Positions 53,746 through 62,167 of a stretch of 64,000 nucleotides of DNA are shown here, in pieces. A model generated the notes under the pieces. That model had not been told where the DNA came from and made no database searches. It worked only from the letters and a program-made list of their open reading frames with translations. The DNA lies in the NCBI GenBank assembly GCA_035500055.1, contig DATJXO010000043.1, positions 245 through 64,244 of the forward strand, given 5' to 3'. Position numbers and translations under genes: made by a program. How positions within the stretch are numbered: the stretch's first letter is position 1; every line of letters begins with the position of its first letter. Source of the DNA: Burkholderiales bacterium (lineage in GTDB: Bacteria > Pseudomonadota > Gammaproteobacteria > Burkholderiales > SG8-39).

Positions 53746-55072
53746 CCCAGAACTTCTCCAGATTCGAGATCAGCGCCGGGCTGAAATGGCAGTGCGCCTG
53801 CTCGCGCGCGTACACCGACATGTAGCGGCGGAACGCATCGAGCGGCTCCTCCTCGATGCGCAGCGCGCGGCGGTTGCCCGCGGCGCTGACCACGCCCGAG
53901 CCCGTGAGCTTCCGCACCAGGTCGTCGACGGCGCGATCGATCTCCGCCGGCTGCACCAGGATGTCGCAGACCAGCCGTCCCTCCGGGCTGGCGCAATCGA
54001 TGCGGCGCTCGGCGAGGATCGCCTGGCGCGCGACGCGGTCGCCGACATGGCGCGCAAGGCGCAGGTTGGCGGCGCCCGGGATGATGCCTTCCTTCCTCGC
54101 CGGGAGGGTCATGTAGGAGTCGTCCGCCGCGATCACCTGGTCCATCGTCAGCAGGATCTGGCAATGGCCGCCGATCGCGAAGCCCTCCACCGCGGCGACC
54201 CACAGCTTCTCGATCGACTCCTCCTCCGGCGGCGCCTCCGGCGTGGCGAGCCCGCGGTAGAGCTTGTTGACGAGGCCGAGGTCGCGGATCAGGTACCACA
54301 GCAAACGGATCTTTCCCTCGTAGAGGTGCGTCAGGTTGATACCGGCGCCGAACAGGCGCCGCCCCGCGTGCTTGGTATGGGTGACCACGTCGCCGCGCAG
54401 CACGCAGATCTCCGTCTGCGGGTCGAGCAGCGCCAGGTCGACGGCCGTCTCCAGCCCGGGCAGCGTCGCCTCGTCCTCGGCGTTGAGGTACTGCGGGTTG
54501 CGCATCGTCACCACCGAGGCCTTGCCGCGCCGCGCGAGGTGCGCGCCGGGGAACGCGATCTCTCCGCTGCGCCGATATTCCTCCAGGCGCGCGAGCGACT
54601 CCGCCCGAGGCAGGAGCATCGCGTGGCACAGATGCGCCCCGGCGAGCGGATCGGCGAGCACCTGGGAGGCGAAGATGCCGTGGTCCACCTCGGCGCCGTC
54701 CTTGTCGCCCTGCGGGATGCCGGAGTCTCGCGCCAGCGCCTCGGCACCGGGCACCAGGCCCGGAAACGCTTCCGCGGCGCGCGCGCAGAGCTCGTCCACG
54801 CGCACGAACTCGCGCCGGCGCCTCGTCAGCGCGTCGTAGACCTCGCGCGCGTGCGCGCGCATGAAGCGCGTCCTCGACCGGCGCGCCGCGGCAAGGATCT
54901 CCGCGGCCTGCGCCCCCTGCGCCGCGCTGCGCTTGCGCTTCGGCGGCAGCCCGGCGAGCGTCGCGGCCGCCTTCGCCCAGAACGTCCGGTACCGCTTGCG
55001 GTCGGCGGCGAGCGTCGAGGTGGTTTCCGGAGCGGCGAGGCGCGGGGCCTTCCGTGCGGCAGTCATCGCCAA
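53711..55072 (-). CDS. crotonase-fold protein resembling (3,5-dihydroxyphenyl)acetyl-CoA 1,2-dioxygenase DpgC
   Basis: 453 aa, collinear with my recollection of actinomycete DpgC. Shared motifs: FPGLVP, DKDGAEVDHGIF, LNAEDE, LETAVDLALLDP, FGAGINL, EKLWVAAVEGFAIGG and LPARKEGIIPGAANLRL. Confidence 0.7.
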   Translation of the reverse strand: MAMTAARKAPRLAAPETTSTLAADRKRYRTFWAKAAATLAGLPPKRKRSAAQGAQAAEILAAARRSRTRFMRAHAREVYDALTRRRREFVRVDELCARAAEAFPGLVPGAEALARDSGIPQGDKDGAEVDHGIFASQVLADPLAGAHLCHAMLLPRAESLARLEEYRRSGEIAFPGAHLARRGKASVVTMRNPQYLNAEDEATLPGLETAVDLALLDPQTEICVLRGDVVTHTKHAGRRLFGAGINLTHLYEGKIRLLWYLIRDLGLVNKLYRGLATPEAPPEEESIEKLWVAAVEGFAIGGHCQILLTMDQVIAADDSYMTLPARKEGIIPGAANLRLARHVGDRVARQAILAERRIDCASPEGRLVCDILVQPAEIDRAVDDLVRKLTGSGVVSAAGNRRALRIEEEPLDAFRRYMSVYAREQAHCHFSPALISNLEKFWVSQRAGSRAPG

Positions 55073-55100
55073 ATCTTATCCGCGTTTGTAGACTCCATCC

Positions 55101-55676
55101 ATGTCCTTCGTGTACCGGTACCTGTTCCCCGCGCTGTGGCTCGCGTGGGCGGCGTACTGGGGGTTCTCGTCGCGCCACGTAAAGCCGACCGCCCGGTCCG
55201 AGTCGTGGGTCTCCAGGGCGTCGTACATCGCCTTGTTCGCGCTCGCCGCCGCGGCGTTCGCGATTCGCGGCCTGGCGCCGGCGGTGCTGCGCGAGCGGTT
55301 CCTGCCGCTCTCGGCGTGGCCGTTCGCGTGCGGCGCGGTGCTGACCGCGGGCGGCCTGCTGTTCACCGTCTGGGCCCGGCGCCACCTCGGCGCCAACTGG
55401 AGCGGCATCGTGACGATCAAGCAGGACCACGAGCTGGTCACCAGCGGGCCCTACGGGCTGGTGCGCCACCCGATCTATACGGGCCTGCTGCTCGCGATCC
55501 TTGGCTCCGCGATCGCGCTGGGCGAGTGGCGCGCGCTCGCCGCCCTCGCGTTCGCGTCGCTCGCGCTGTGGCGCAAGCTGCGCCTCGAGGAGCGCTGGAT
55601 GCTGCGCCAGTTCGGCGAGCGCTACGAGGCCTACCGCCGCAAGGTGCCGGCGCTGATACCCTTCCTTCCGTCGTGA
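55101..55676 (+). CDS. isoprenylcysteine carboxyl methyltransferase (ICMT/PEMT)-family membrane methyltransferase
   Basis: 191 aa, multi-TM, with LVTSGPYGLVRHPIYTGLLL...EERWMLRQFGERYEAYRRKVP. Confidence 0.8.
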   Translation: MSFVYRYLFPALWLAWAAYWGFSSRHVKPTARSESWVSRASYIALFALAAAAFAIRGLAPAVLRERFLPLSAWPFACGAVLTAGGLLFTVWARRHLGANWSGIVTIKQDHELVTSGPYGLVRHPIYTGLLLAILGSAIALGEWRALAALAFASLALWRKLRLEERWMLRQFGERYEAYRRKVPALIPFLPS

Positions 55677-56569
55677 TTTCGATCCGCAGGCTCGGCAGGC
55701 ACCTTGGCGCGGAGATCGCCGGCCTTGATCTGGCGCGGCCGCTCGGCGAGCGGACCTTCGCCGAGCTGCGCGACGCGTTCTTCGAGCACCAGGTGGTGGT
55801 CTTCCGGGACCAGGCGCTGACGCCGGCGCAGCAGATCGCGTTCACCGCGCGCTTCGGCGTGCTCGAGCACCACGTGCGCAAGGAGCACCGGCTGCCGGGT
55901 CATCCCGAGATCCTGGTGGTATCCAACGTGCTCGACGAGGGCGGCCGCGCCATCGGCGTGCAGGACGCAGGCCGCTTCTGGCACAGCGATCTCTCGTACA
56001 AGGCCGAGCCGAGCCTGCTGTCGGCGCTCTACGCGCTCGAGGTGCCGGTGAGGGATGGGGTCGTCCTCGGCGGCACCAGCTTCACTAGCGCGGCCGCCGC
56101 ATACGAGGCGCTCGACGAGGCGACCCGGCAGCGGCTCCTAGGGCTGACGAACGTCCACAGCTACCGCTACTACCGGGAGAAGAACCGCGCGGCGCAGCGC
56201 GCCGAGCAGGCCGCGGGCGCGCGCACGGTGCAGGAGCACGTGCTGAGCGAAGAGCAGCTGCGCTCCGTTCCGGATGTCGAGGTGCCCGTCGTGCGCACGC
56301 ACCCGGTGACCGGCCGCAAGGGGCTGTTCGTCAACGAGGCACATACCTCGCGCATCGCCGGCCTGCCGCAGGCCGAGGGCGCGGCGCTGCTCGCGGAGCT
56401 TTGCGCGCACCTGGTGCGCCCCGAGTTCCGCTACGAGCACCGCTGGCGCGCCGGCGACCTCCTGATGTGGGACAACGCGGCCGCGCAGCACAAGGCGAAC
56501 TTCGACTACGACCTGCCGCTGCGCCGGCTGATGCACCGCACGACTGTGCACGGCGGCGCGCCGTTCTGA
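55673..56569 (+). CDS. TauD/TfdA family Fe(II)/2-oxoglutarate dioxygenase
   Basis: GTG 55673 overlaps the upstream stop (GTGA). LGAEIAGLDL...FFEHQVVVFRDQ.L...Q..F...FG, and the HxD in FWHSDLSY. Confidence 0.85.
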   Translation: MISIRRLGRHLGAEIAGLDLARPLGERTFAELRDAFFEHQVVVFRDQALTPAQQIAFTARFGVLEHHVRKEHRLPGHPEILVVSNVLDEGGRAIGVQDAGRFWHSDLSYKAEPSLLSALYALEVPVRDGVVLGGTSFTSAAAAYEALDEATRQRLLGLTNVHSYRYYREKNRAAQRAEQAAGARTVQEHVLSEEQLRSVPDVEVPVVRTHPVTGRKGLFVNEAHTSRIAGLPQAEGAALLAELCAHLVRPEFRYEHRWRAGDLLMWDNAAAQHKANFDYDLPLRRLMHRTTVHGGAPF

Positions 56570-56587
56570 GAACGGCCGGGCGCCTCG

Positions 56588-56701
56588 CTAGGCGTGCTTC
56601 AGGACCTCGCGGATCACGTCGACGACGATCTTCTTGCTGTACGGCTTGTCGTATGCGCCGCCCGGCACCGGCCGGCCTTCGAAATATAGCCGCGCCTTCA
56701 T
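56588..56701 (-). CDS. candidate 37-aa small ORF
   Basis: MKARLYFEGRPVPGGAYDKPYSKKIVVDVIREVLKHA. 33 of 37 codons end in G/C, as in genuine genes here. It fills an otherwise empty 155-nt gap. No family recognised, and it is below the ORF-track cut-off. Confidence 0.25.
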   Translation of the reverse strand: MKARLYFEGRPVPGGAYDKPYSKKIVVDVIREVLKHA

Positions 56702-56724
56702 GCAGGCAAAGTATATTCGGGCCC

Positions 56725-57387
56725 ATGAGGCCCTTCGTCCCGACCGCGCGCTCGAAGCTCAAGCGCCTGCCCAAGCGCGGGCACTACGACCGCGAGACGG
56801 TGTACGGGATTCTCGACGCTGCGTTCGTCTGCCATCTCGGCTATGCGATCGGCGGGCAGCCGTATGTCACGCCGACCGCGTACTGGCGCGAGGGCGACGC
56901 CGTCTACTGGCACGGCTCCTCGAAGAGCCGCATGCTGCTGGCTCAGGAGAAGGGCCCTCATGTCTGCCTGACGGCGACGATCGTGGACGGGCTGGTGGTG
57001 GCGCGCTCGGGCTTCCACATGTCGGTGAACTATCGCAGCGCGATGCTGTTCGGGCGCCCTTACAGGGTGGAGCGGACGGAAGAGAAGCTCGAGAAGATGG
57101 AGCGCTTCGTGGAGCGGCTCTACCCCGGGCGCTGGCGGCAGTTGCGCCCGGTCAGCAAGCAGGAGCTGAAGGCGATCAGCTTGCTCGGCATGGAGATCGA
57201 GGAGGCCTCGGCCAAGGTCCGCAGCGGGCCGCCGATCGACGACGAGGAGGACTACGCGCTGCCGATCTGGGCGGGCGTGGTGCCGGTGGCGCTGGCGGCC
57301 GGCGCGCCGCAGGACGACCCGCGCCTTGCGCCCGGCACGCCGCGCCCGGCCGGCCTCGCCGCGCTCGCGCATCTCGGCATCCGATGA
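56725..57387 (+). CDS. pyridoxamine 5'-phosphate oxidase family (flavin-nucleotide-binding, NimA-like) protein
   Basis: Lies inside ORF 56401..57387, ATG 56725. KRGHYDRETVYGILDAAFVCHLGY...GQPYVTPT.YWREGD.VYWHGS is typical of this COG3467-type family. Confidence 0.8.
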   Translation: MRPFVPTARSKLKRLPKRGHYDRETVYGILDAAFVCHLGYAIGGQPYVTPTAYWREGDAVYWHGSSKSRMLLAQEKGPHVCLTATIVDGLVVARSGFHMSVNYRSAMLFGRPYRVERTEEKLEKMERFVERLYPGRWRQLRPVSKQELKAISLLGMEIEEASAKVRSGPPIDDEEDYALPIWAGVVPVALAAGAPQDDPRLAPGTPRPAGLAALAHLGIR

Positions 57388-58607
57388 AGTTCTTCATCGT
57401 CGACGACGATCCTGACGCGCTGGCGCTGGTCTCGCGCCTGCTGCAGGACGCCGGCCACGAGGTTACCGTACGCTCCTCCAGCACCAGCGCGGTGCGCGAC
57501 ATTCCCGAGGCGCCGCCCGACTGCGTCATCACCGACCTGATGATGCCGGGCATGGACGGCTTCGAGCTGATGCGCGAGCTGCGTCGCCGGCCCGAGCTCG
57601 CCGCGACCAAGATCGTGATCCTGTCGGCCAAGAGCTACGACTTCGACCGCCGCCGCGCCAGGGAGATGGGCGCCGACGGCTACATCACCAAGCCGATCAA
57701 CCGCGACACTTTCCTGCAGGCGATCGACGAGATCGTCTCCAGCCGGGTGCGGCTGCAGTACTGGGGCGTGCACGGCACGCTGCCGGCGCCCGGCGCCGCG
57801 TTCACGCGCTACGGCGGCAATACGCCCTGCGTCAGCGTCGACGTCGGCGCCGGGGAGCCGCTCTACATCTTCGACTGCGGCTCGGGCATCAAGCGGCTTT
57901 CGGACCACGTCATGGCGCGCGGCGGCGCGCAGCGCTTCTCGGCGCGCGTGTTCATCTCGCACACTCACTGGGACCACATCAACACCGTGCCGTTCTTCGC
58001 GCCGCTGTACGTGCGCGGCAACCAGGTCGAGCTGTTCGGCCCGTACCAGGGCGACCTCACCATCGAGCGGGCGATCAGCGCGCAGATGGAGAGCGTGTAC
58101 TTCCCGGTGACGGTGCGCGAGTTCGGCGCCCGCCTGGTGTTCCGCGACCTGCGCGAGGAGTCGCTCGAGTTCGGACCGGTGAAGATAGACACCATGCTGC
58201 TGCGCCATCCGGGGTACTGCCTCGGCTACCGGCTCACCTGCCGCAAGCGGGTGATCTGCTACATCACCGACAACGAGCTCTACCTGCCGACCGACGCGCG
58301 CCATGAAGCGCGCTACGTCGAGCGCCTGGCGGAGTTCGTGCGCGGCTGCGACGTCCTGATCACCGACACCACCTACCGCGACCACGAATACCCGTCCAAG
58401 GTCGACTGGGGCCACTCCTGCGTCAGCCAGGTCGCCGACCTCGCGGCGCGCGCCGCGGTGAAGCGGCTGCACCTGTTCCACCACGACCCGGACCAGACCG
58501 ACGCCGACATCGACGCCAAGCTGGACGAGACGCGCAAGGAGCTGGCGCGCCTGGGCGCGAGCCTGGTCTGCGACGCTCCGGCGGAAGGCTCGGAGCTGGT
58601 GCTCTAG
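57384..58607 (+). CDS. response-regulator receiver domain fused to metallo-beta-lactamase-fold hydrolase
   Basis: ATG 57384 overlaps the upstream stop (ATGA). REC motifs: MKFFIVDDD, DCVITDLMMPGMDG, KP. MBL motifs: FISHTHWDHIN (HxHxDH), a later HPG and HLFHHDP. Confidence 0.85.
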   Translation: MKFFIVDDDPDALALVSRLLQDAGHEVTVRSSSTSAVRDIPEAPPDCVITDLMMPGMDGFELMRELRRRPELAATKIVILSAKSYDFDRRRAREMGADGYITKPINRDTFLQAIDEIVSSRVRLQYWGVHGTLPAPGAAFTRYGGNTPCVSVDVGAGEPLYIFDCGSGIKRLSDHVMARGGAQRFSARVFISHTHWDHINTVPFFAPLYVRGNQVELFGPYQGDLTIERAISAQMESVYFPVTVREFGARLVFRDLREESLEFGPVKIDTMLLRHPGYCLGYRLTCRKRVICYITDNELYLPTDARHEARYVERLAEFVRGCDVLITDTTYRDHEYPSKVDWGHSCVSQVADLAARAAVKRLHLFHHDPDQTDADIDAKLDETRKELARLGASLVCDAPAEGSELVL

Positions 58608-58616
58608 GGCTTCGGC

Positions 58617-59072
58617 TCAGAAGATCCCGAGGCTCAGGCCGGCCGCGAACGACGCGCCCAGCTCTTCGCATTGCGCCAGCACCTCGGGCGTCAGCTCCTT
58701 CAGCCCGACGATCGGCTCGGATCTCTTCTCCAGCCGCAAGCCGGTGACGATGCGCTCGACCGAGGTCACCGCGCCCGCGCCGTCGATCCCGGCGCCCACG
58801 AACAGCGCCCAGGGCCGGCCGTTGACCTTGCCCTCGCACGGGTAGAACACCCGCTCGAGGAAGTCCTTCATCATGCCCGACATGTAGCCGAAGTTCTCCG
58901 GCGTGCCTAGGATCAGCGCGTCGGCCGCGAGCACGTCCGCGGGGCCCGCCTCGGCGCAGCGCTTGAGCACGACTTCGACGCCGCCTTCCGCCCGCGCGCC
59001 GCGCTCGACCGCTTCGGCCATCCGCGCCGTCTTCACCCCGCCGCTGTGATAGACGATCAGCAGTGTCTTCAT
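58617..59072 (-). CDS. flavodoxin-like fold NAD(P)H-dependent oxidoreductase
   Basis: Lies inside ORF 58617..59777, ATG 59072. MKTLLIVYHSGGVKTARMAE...LILGTPENFGYMSGMMKDFLE. Confidence 0.75.
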   Translation of the reverse strand: MKTLLIVYHSGGVKTARMAEAVERGARAEGGVEVVLKRCAEAGPADVLAADALILGTPENFGYMSGMMKDFLERVFYPCEGKVNGRPWALFVGAGIDGAGAVTSVERIVTGLRLEKRSEPIVGLKELTPEVLAQCEELGASFAAGLSLGIF

Positions 59073-59842
59073 GTCTTCAGCCGCTGCGCCGGATCCTGCC
59101 GGTAGAAGTCCCGGAACAGCTGGTAGAGCCGGGGAAACAGGCGCTTCAGCCTGTTCGGCGACTCGAAGAAGGCCTCGCTCGCCACGGCGAAGAACTCGGC
59201 CTCGCTCTCGCTCGCGTAGGGGTCGAGGAAGGTCTTGCGGCCGGCGTCGACCTCGGCGCGGAAGCGCTCGAACTCGCCGTCGAGCACCGCGATCCAGCGC
59301 TCGCGCGCCTCGCGCGACGCCAGCGGCGGCACGCCGTCGGCCTCGCCGTCGGCCATGTCGAGCTTGTGCGCGAACTCGTGGATCACCACGTTGGCGCCGC
59401 CGCGCGCCACCGAGCCGGAGTCGTCGAGCGCCTCCCACGACAGCACCACCGGGCCGCCCGGCCAGGACTCGCCGGAGAGCTCGTCGTCCCACTCGTGGAC
59501 CACGCCGTCCTGGTCGGTTTCCTCGCGCCTCACCTTGAAGTCCGAAGGATGCACCACGATTCCGACCCAGCCGTCGTACCAGTCCAGCCCGAGCTCGAGC
59601 ACCGGGAGGCAGGCCTGCAGCGCGATCTCGAGCCGATCGTCGTCGGACAGGGCGACGCCGTGCACCGGCGCGAACTGCTTTTCGGCGAGGAACACCACCG
59701 CCAGCGCCTTCAGGCGCCGCTCCTCGTCCTCGCTCAGGCCGCGCAGGAACGGCAGGTAGCCCAGCGCGCGCCGCCACAGCACGTCGTCGATGCCGTGACG
59801 CGCGAGAACGCGCTTGCGCTGCCAGTCGCGGAGCCAGCCCAT
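59069..59842 (-). CDS. mtfA: MtfA-like (M90 family) zinc-dependent peptidase / Mlc titration factor
   Basis: 257 aa with HEFAHKLD zinc motif and ...EFFAVASEAFF... Its stop overlaps the downstream ATG (ATGA). Confidence 0.85.
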   Translation of the reverse strand: MGWLRDWQRKRVLARHGIDDVLWRRALGYLPFLRGLSEDEERRLKALAVVFLAEKQFAPVHGVALSDDDRLEIALQACLPVLELGLDWYDGWVGIVVHPSDFKVRREETDQDGVVHEWDDELSGESWPGGPVVLSWEALDDSGSVARGGANVVIHEFAHKLDMADGEADGVPPLASREARERWIAVLDGEFERFRAEVDAGRKTFLDPYASESEAEFFAVASEAFFESPNRLKRLFPRLYQLFRDFYRQDPAQRLKT

Positions 59843-59868
59843 TTGACCTGCGCCGCTACAATAGCAGC

Positions 59869-62025
59869 ATGGTTTCGGTGGTCCAGCTCCATCCGCGCGA
59901 AGCGGACAACGCCCCCGCCCGGGACGCGCTCACTGAGCGCGCGCTCGCGTTCGCGCGCCCTCTCTACGAGGGCCAGGCGCTCTCGACGGGCGAGGCGGCG
60001 TGGCCGCACGCGCTCGGGCTGGAGGCGAGCCTGGCGTCGCTCGGCGTGGACTCCGCGGCGCGCGCCGCGGGCGTGCTGTTCGCGGCGCCGAAGTTCCTCG
60101 ACGGCAACGAGCGGCTGGCCGCGGCCTTCGGCGAGGAGATCGCCGCGCTCGCGGCCGGCGTCGAGCGGCTCTACCGGCTGCGCGTGCTGACGCGCGCCTC
60201 GCCCGGGGAGCAGAACGAGGTGCTGCGCAAGATGGTGCTCGGCATGGTCGAGGACGTGCGCGTGGTGCTGATCCGCCTGGCGAGCCGGACCCAGACCCTG
60301 AGGTACTTCTCCAAGATCGAGAGCCCGGAAAAGGCGGCCTACGCGCGGGAAACCCTGGACATCTACTCGCCGCTGGCCAACCGCCTCGGCGTCTGGCAGC
60401 TGAAGTGGGAGCTGGAGGACCTCTCGTTCCGCTTCCTGCAGCCGGAGCTCTACAAGCGCATCGCGCGCATGCTCGACGAGCGGCGCACCGAGCGCGAGCT
60501 CTATATCGGCGACGCCGTCGAGCTGCTGAAGGCGGAGCTGGGTAGGTCGGGCCTGCGGCCCGAGGTGTCCGGACGGCCGAAGCACATCTATTCCATCTGG
60601 AACAAGATGCGCGCCAAGAACCTCGACTTCGGCGAGGTCTACGACGTGCGCGCGCTGCGCATCATCGTGCCCGAGGTTCGCGATTGCTACGCCGCGCTCG
60701 GCGTGGTGCACAACCTCTGGCAGCCGATCCCGAAGGAGTTCGACGACTACATCTCGCGGCCGAAGGGCAACCTCTACCAGTCGCTGCACACCGCGGTGAT
60801 CGGCCCGGGGGGGAGGACCGTGGAGGTGCAGATCCGCACCGAGGAGATGCACCGTCAGGCTGAGTTCGGCGTCGCCTCGCACTGGCGATACAAGGAAGGC
60901 GCGCGGCCGCCGCGCGCCGCGGAGCGCGTCTTCGACGAGAAGATCGCGTGGCTGCGCCAGCTGCTGGCCTGGCGCGACGAGGTCGCCGACGGCGCCGGCT
61001 GGGCCGAGAAGACGAGGCGGGCCTCGCTGGACGACACGATCTACGTGGTCACGCCGCAGGGCAAGGTGCTCGACCTGCCGGCGGGATCGACGCCGGTCGA
61101 CTTCGCCTACGCACTGCACACCGATCTCGGCCACCGCTGCCGCGGCGCCCGCGTCGACGGCCATATCGTGCCGCTCGACACGCGGCTCTCGAGCGGGCAG
61201 CGCGTCGAGATCGTGGCGGCGAAGGCCGGCGGCCCGTCGCGGGACTGGCTCAACCCGGCGCTCGGCTTCCTGAAGAGCCATCGCGCGCGCGCCAAGGTGC
61301 GCCAGTGGTTCAACGCGCAGGCGCTCGCCGAGACCGCGGCCAGGGGCCGCGCCATCGTCGAGAAGGAGCAGCGGCGAGAGGGCGCGGCTCAGGCGAGCCT
61401 GGAGGAGCTCGCGCGCCGGCTCGGCTTCGCGCGCGCGGACGAGCTGTACGTCGCGGTGGCGCGGGAAGAGATCAACCTGCGCCAGCTGCAGGCGGCCCTG
61501 AGGCAAATGGCGGGCCTGGGCTCCCTCTCGGAAACTCCCGAAATCCGGAAAGAGATACCCAGGAAGAAAAAGGACCTCAACACGGGAGGCGTACTCGTGG
61601 TCGGCGTCGACCGGCTGCTGACGCAGCTCGCGAAATGCTGCAAGCCGGTGCCGCCGGATCCGATCCGGGGCTTCGTCACGCGCGGCCGCGGCGTCTCGGT
61701 GCACCGCGAGGAGTGCCCGAGCCTGAGGCGCCTCGCCGAGCGCGACCCGGAACGCATGATCGAGGCGGCATGGGGTGCGCCGGCGGGCGACGCGCGCTAC
61801 GCCGTGGAGACGCGGGTCGTCGCCAGCGATCGGCCGGGCCTGCTGCGCGACATCGCCGAGGCGATGGCCCGCCTGCAGCTCAATGTCACCGCGGTTCGCA
61901 CCCAGAGCCGGGACGACCTGGCAGACATGCGGCTCGCTTTCGAGGTGGCGGATGCCACGCAGCTACGGCGCGCGCTGGGCGCGATCAAGGAAGTTCCCGG
62001 GGTCATCCGTGTGGCGCGCGCCTGA
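59869..62025 (+). CDS. relA: GTP pyrophosphokinase RelA ((p)ppGpp synthetase I)
   Basis: Synthetase motifs GRPKHIYSIWNKM, DVRALRIIV and EVQIRTEEMH. TGS and ACT C-terminal domains. The N-terminal HD-like region appears to lack the HD catalytic dyad. Confidence 0.88.
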   Translation: MVSVVQLHPREADNAPARDALTERALAFARPLYEGQALSTGEAAWPHALGLEASLASLGVDSAARAAGVLFAAPKFLDGNERLAAAFGEEIAALAAGVERLYRLRVLTRASPGEQNEVLRKMVLGMVEDVRVVLIRLASRTQTLRYFSKIESPEKAAYARETLDIYSPLANRLGVWQLKWELEDLSFRFLQPELYKRIARMLDERRTERELYIGDAVELLKAELGRSGLRPEVSGRPKHIYSIWNKMRAKNLDFGEVYDVRALRIIVPEVRDCYAALGVVHNLWQPIPKEFDDYISRPKGNLYQSLHTAVIGPGGRTVEVQIRTEEMHRQAEFGVASHWRYKEGARPPRAAERVFDEKIAWLRQLLAWRDEVADGAGWAEKTRRASLDDTIYVVTPQGKVLDLPAGSTPVDFAYALHTDLGHRCRGARVDGHIVPLDTRLSSGQRVEIVAAKAGGPSRDWLNPALGFLKSHRARAKVRQWFNAQALAETAARGRAIVEKEQRREGAAQASLEELARRLGFARADELYVAVAREEINLRQLQAALRQMAGLGSLSETPEIRKEIPRKKKDLNTGGVLVVGVDRLLTQLAKCCKPVPPDPIRGFVTRGRGVSVHREECPSLRRLAERDPERMIEAAWGAPAGDARYAVETRVVASDRPGLLRDIAEAMARLQLNVTAVRTQSRDDLADMRLAFEVADATQLRRALGAIKEVPGVIRVARA

Positions 62026-62077
62026 GCCTGCTTCGCGCGCGGCGACCGGTCGGGTTGCGGTAAAATTCGCCGCTTCT

Positions 62078-62154
62078 AGGCGCGTAGCTCAGCTGGTTAG
62101 AGCACTACCTTGACATGGTAGGGGTCGTTGGTTCGAGTCCAATCGCGCCTACCA
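62078..62154 (+). tRNA. tRNA-Val (anticodon GAC)
   Basis: Hand-folded cloverleaf. Acceptor AGGCGCG/CGCGCCU, D arm GCUC...GAGC. Anticodon stem CUACC/GGUAG with loop UUGACAU. T arm GUUGG-UUCGAGU-CCAAU. Discriminator A and encoded CCA. Confidence 0.9.
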
Positions 62155-62167
62155 GCCTTTTTCTGAC

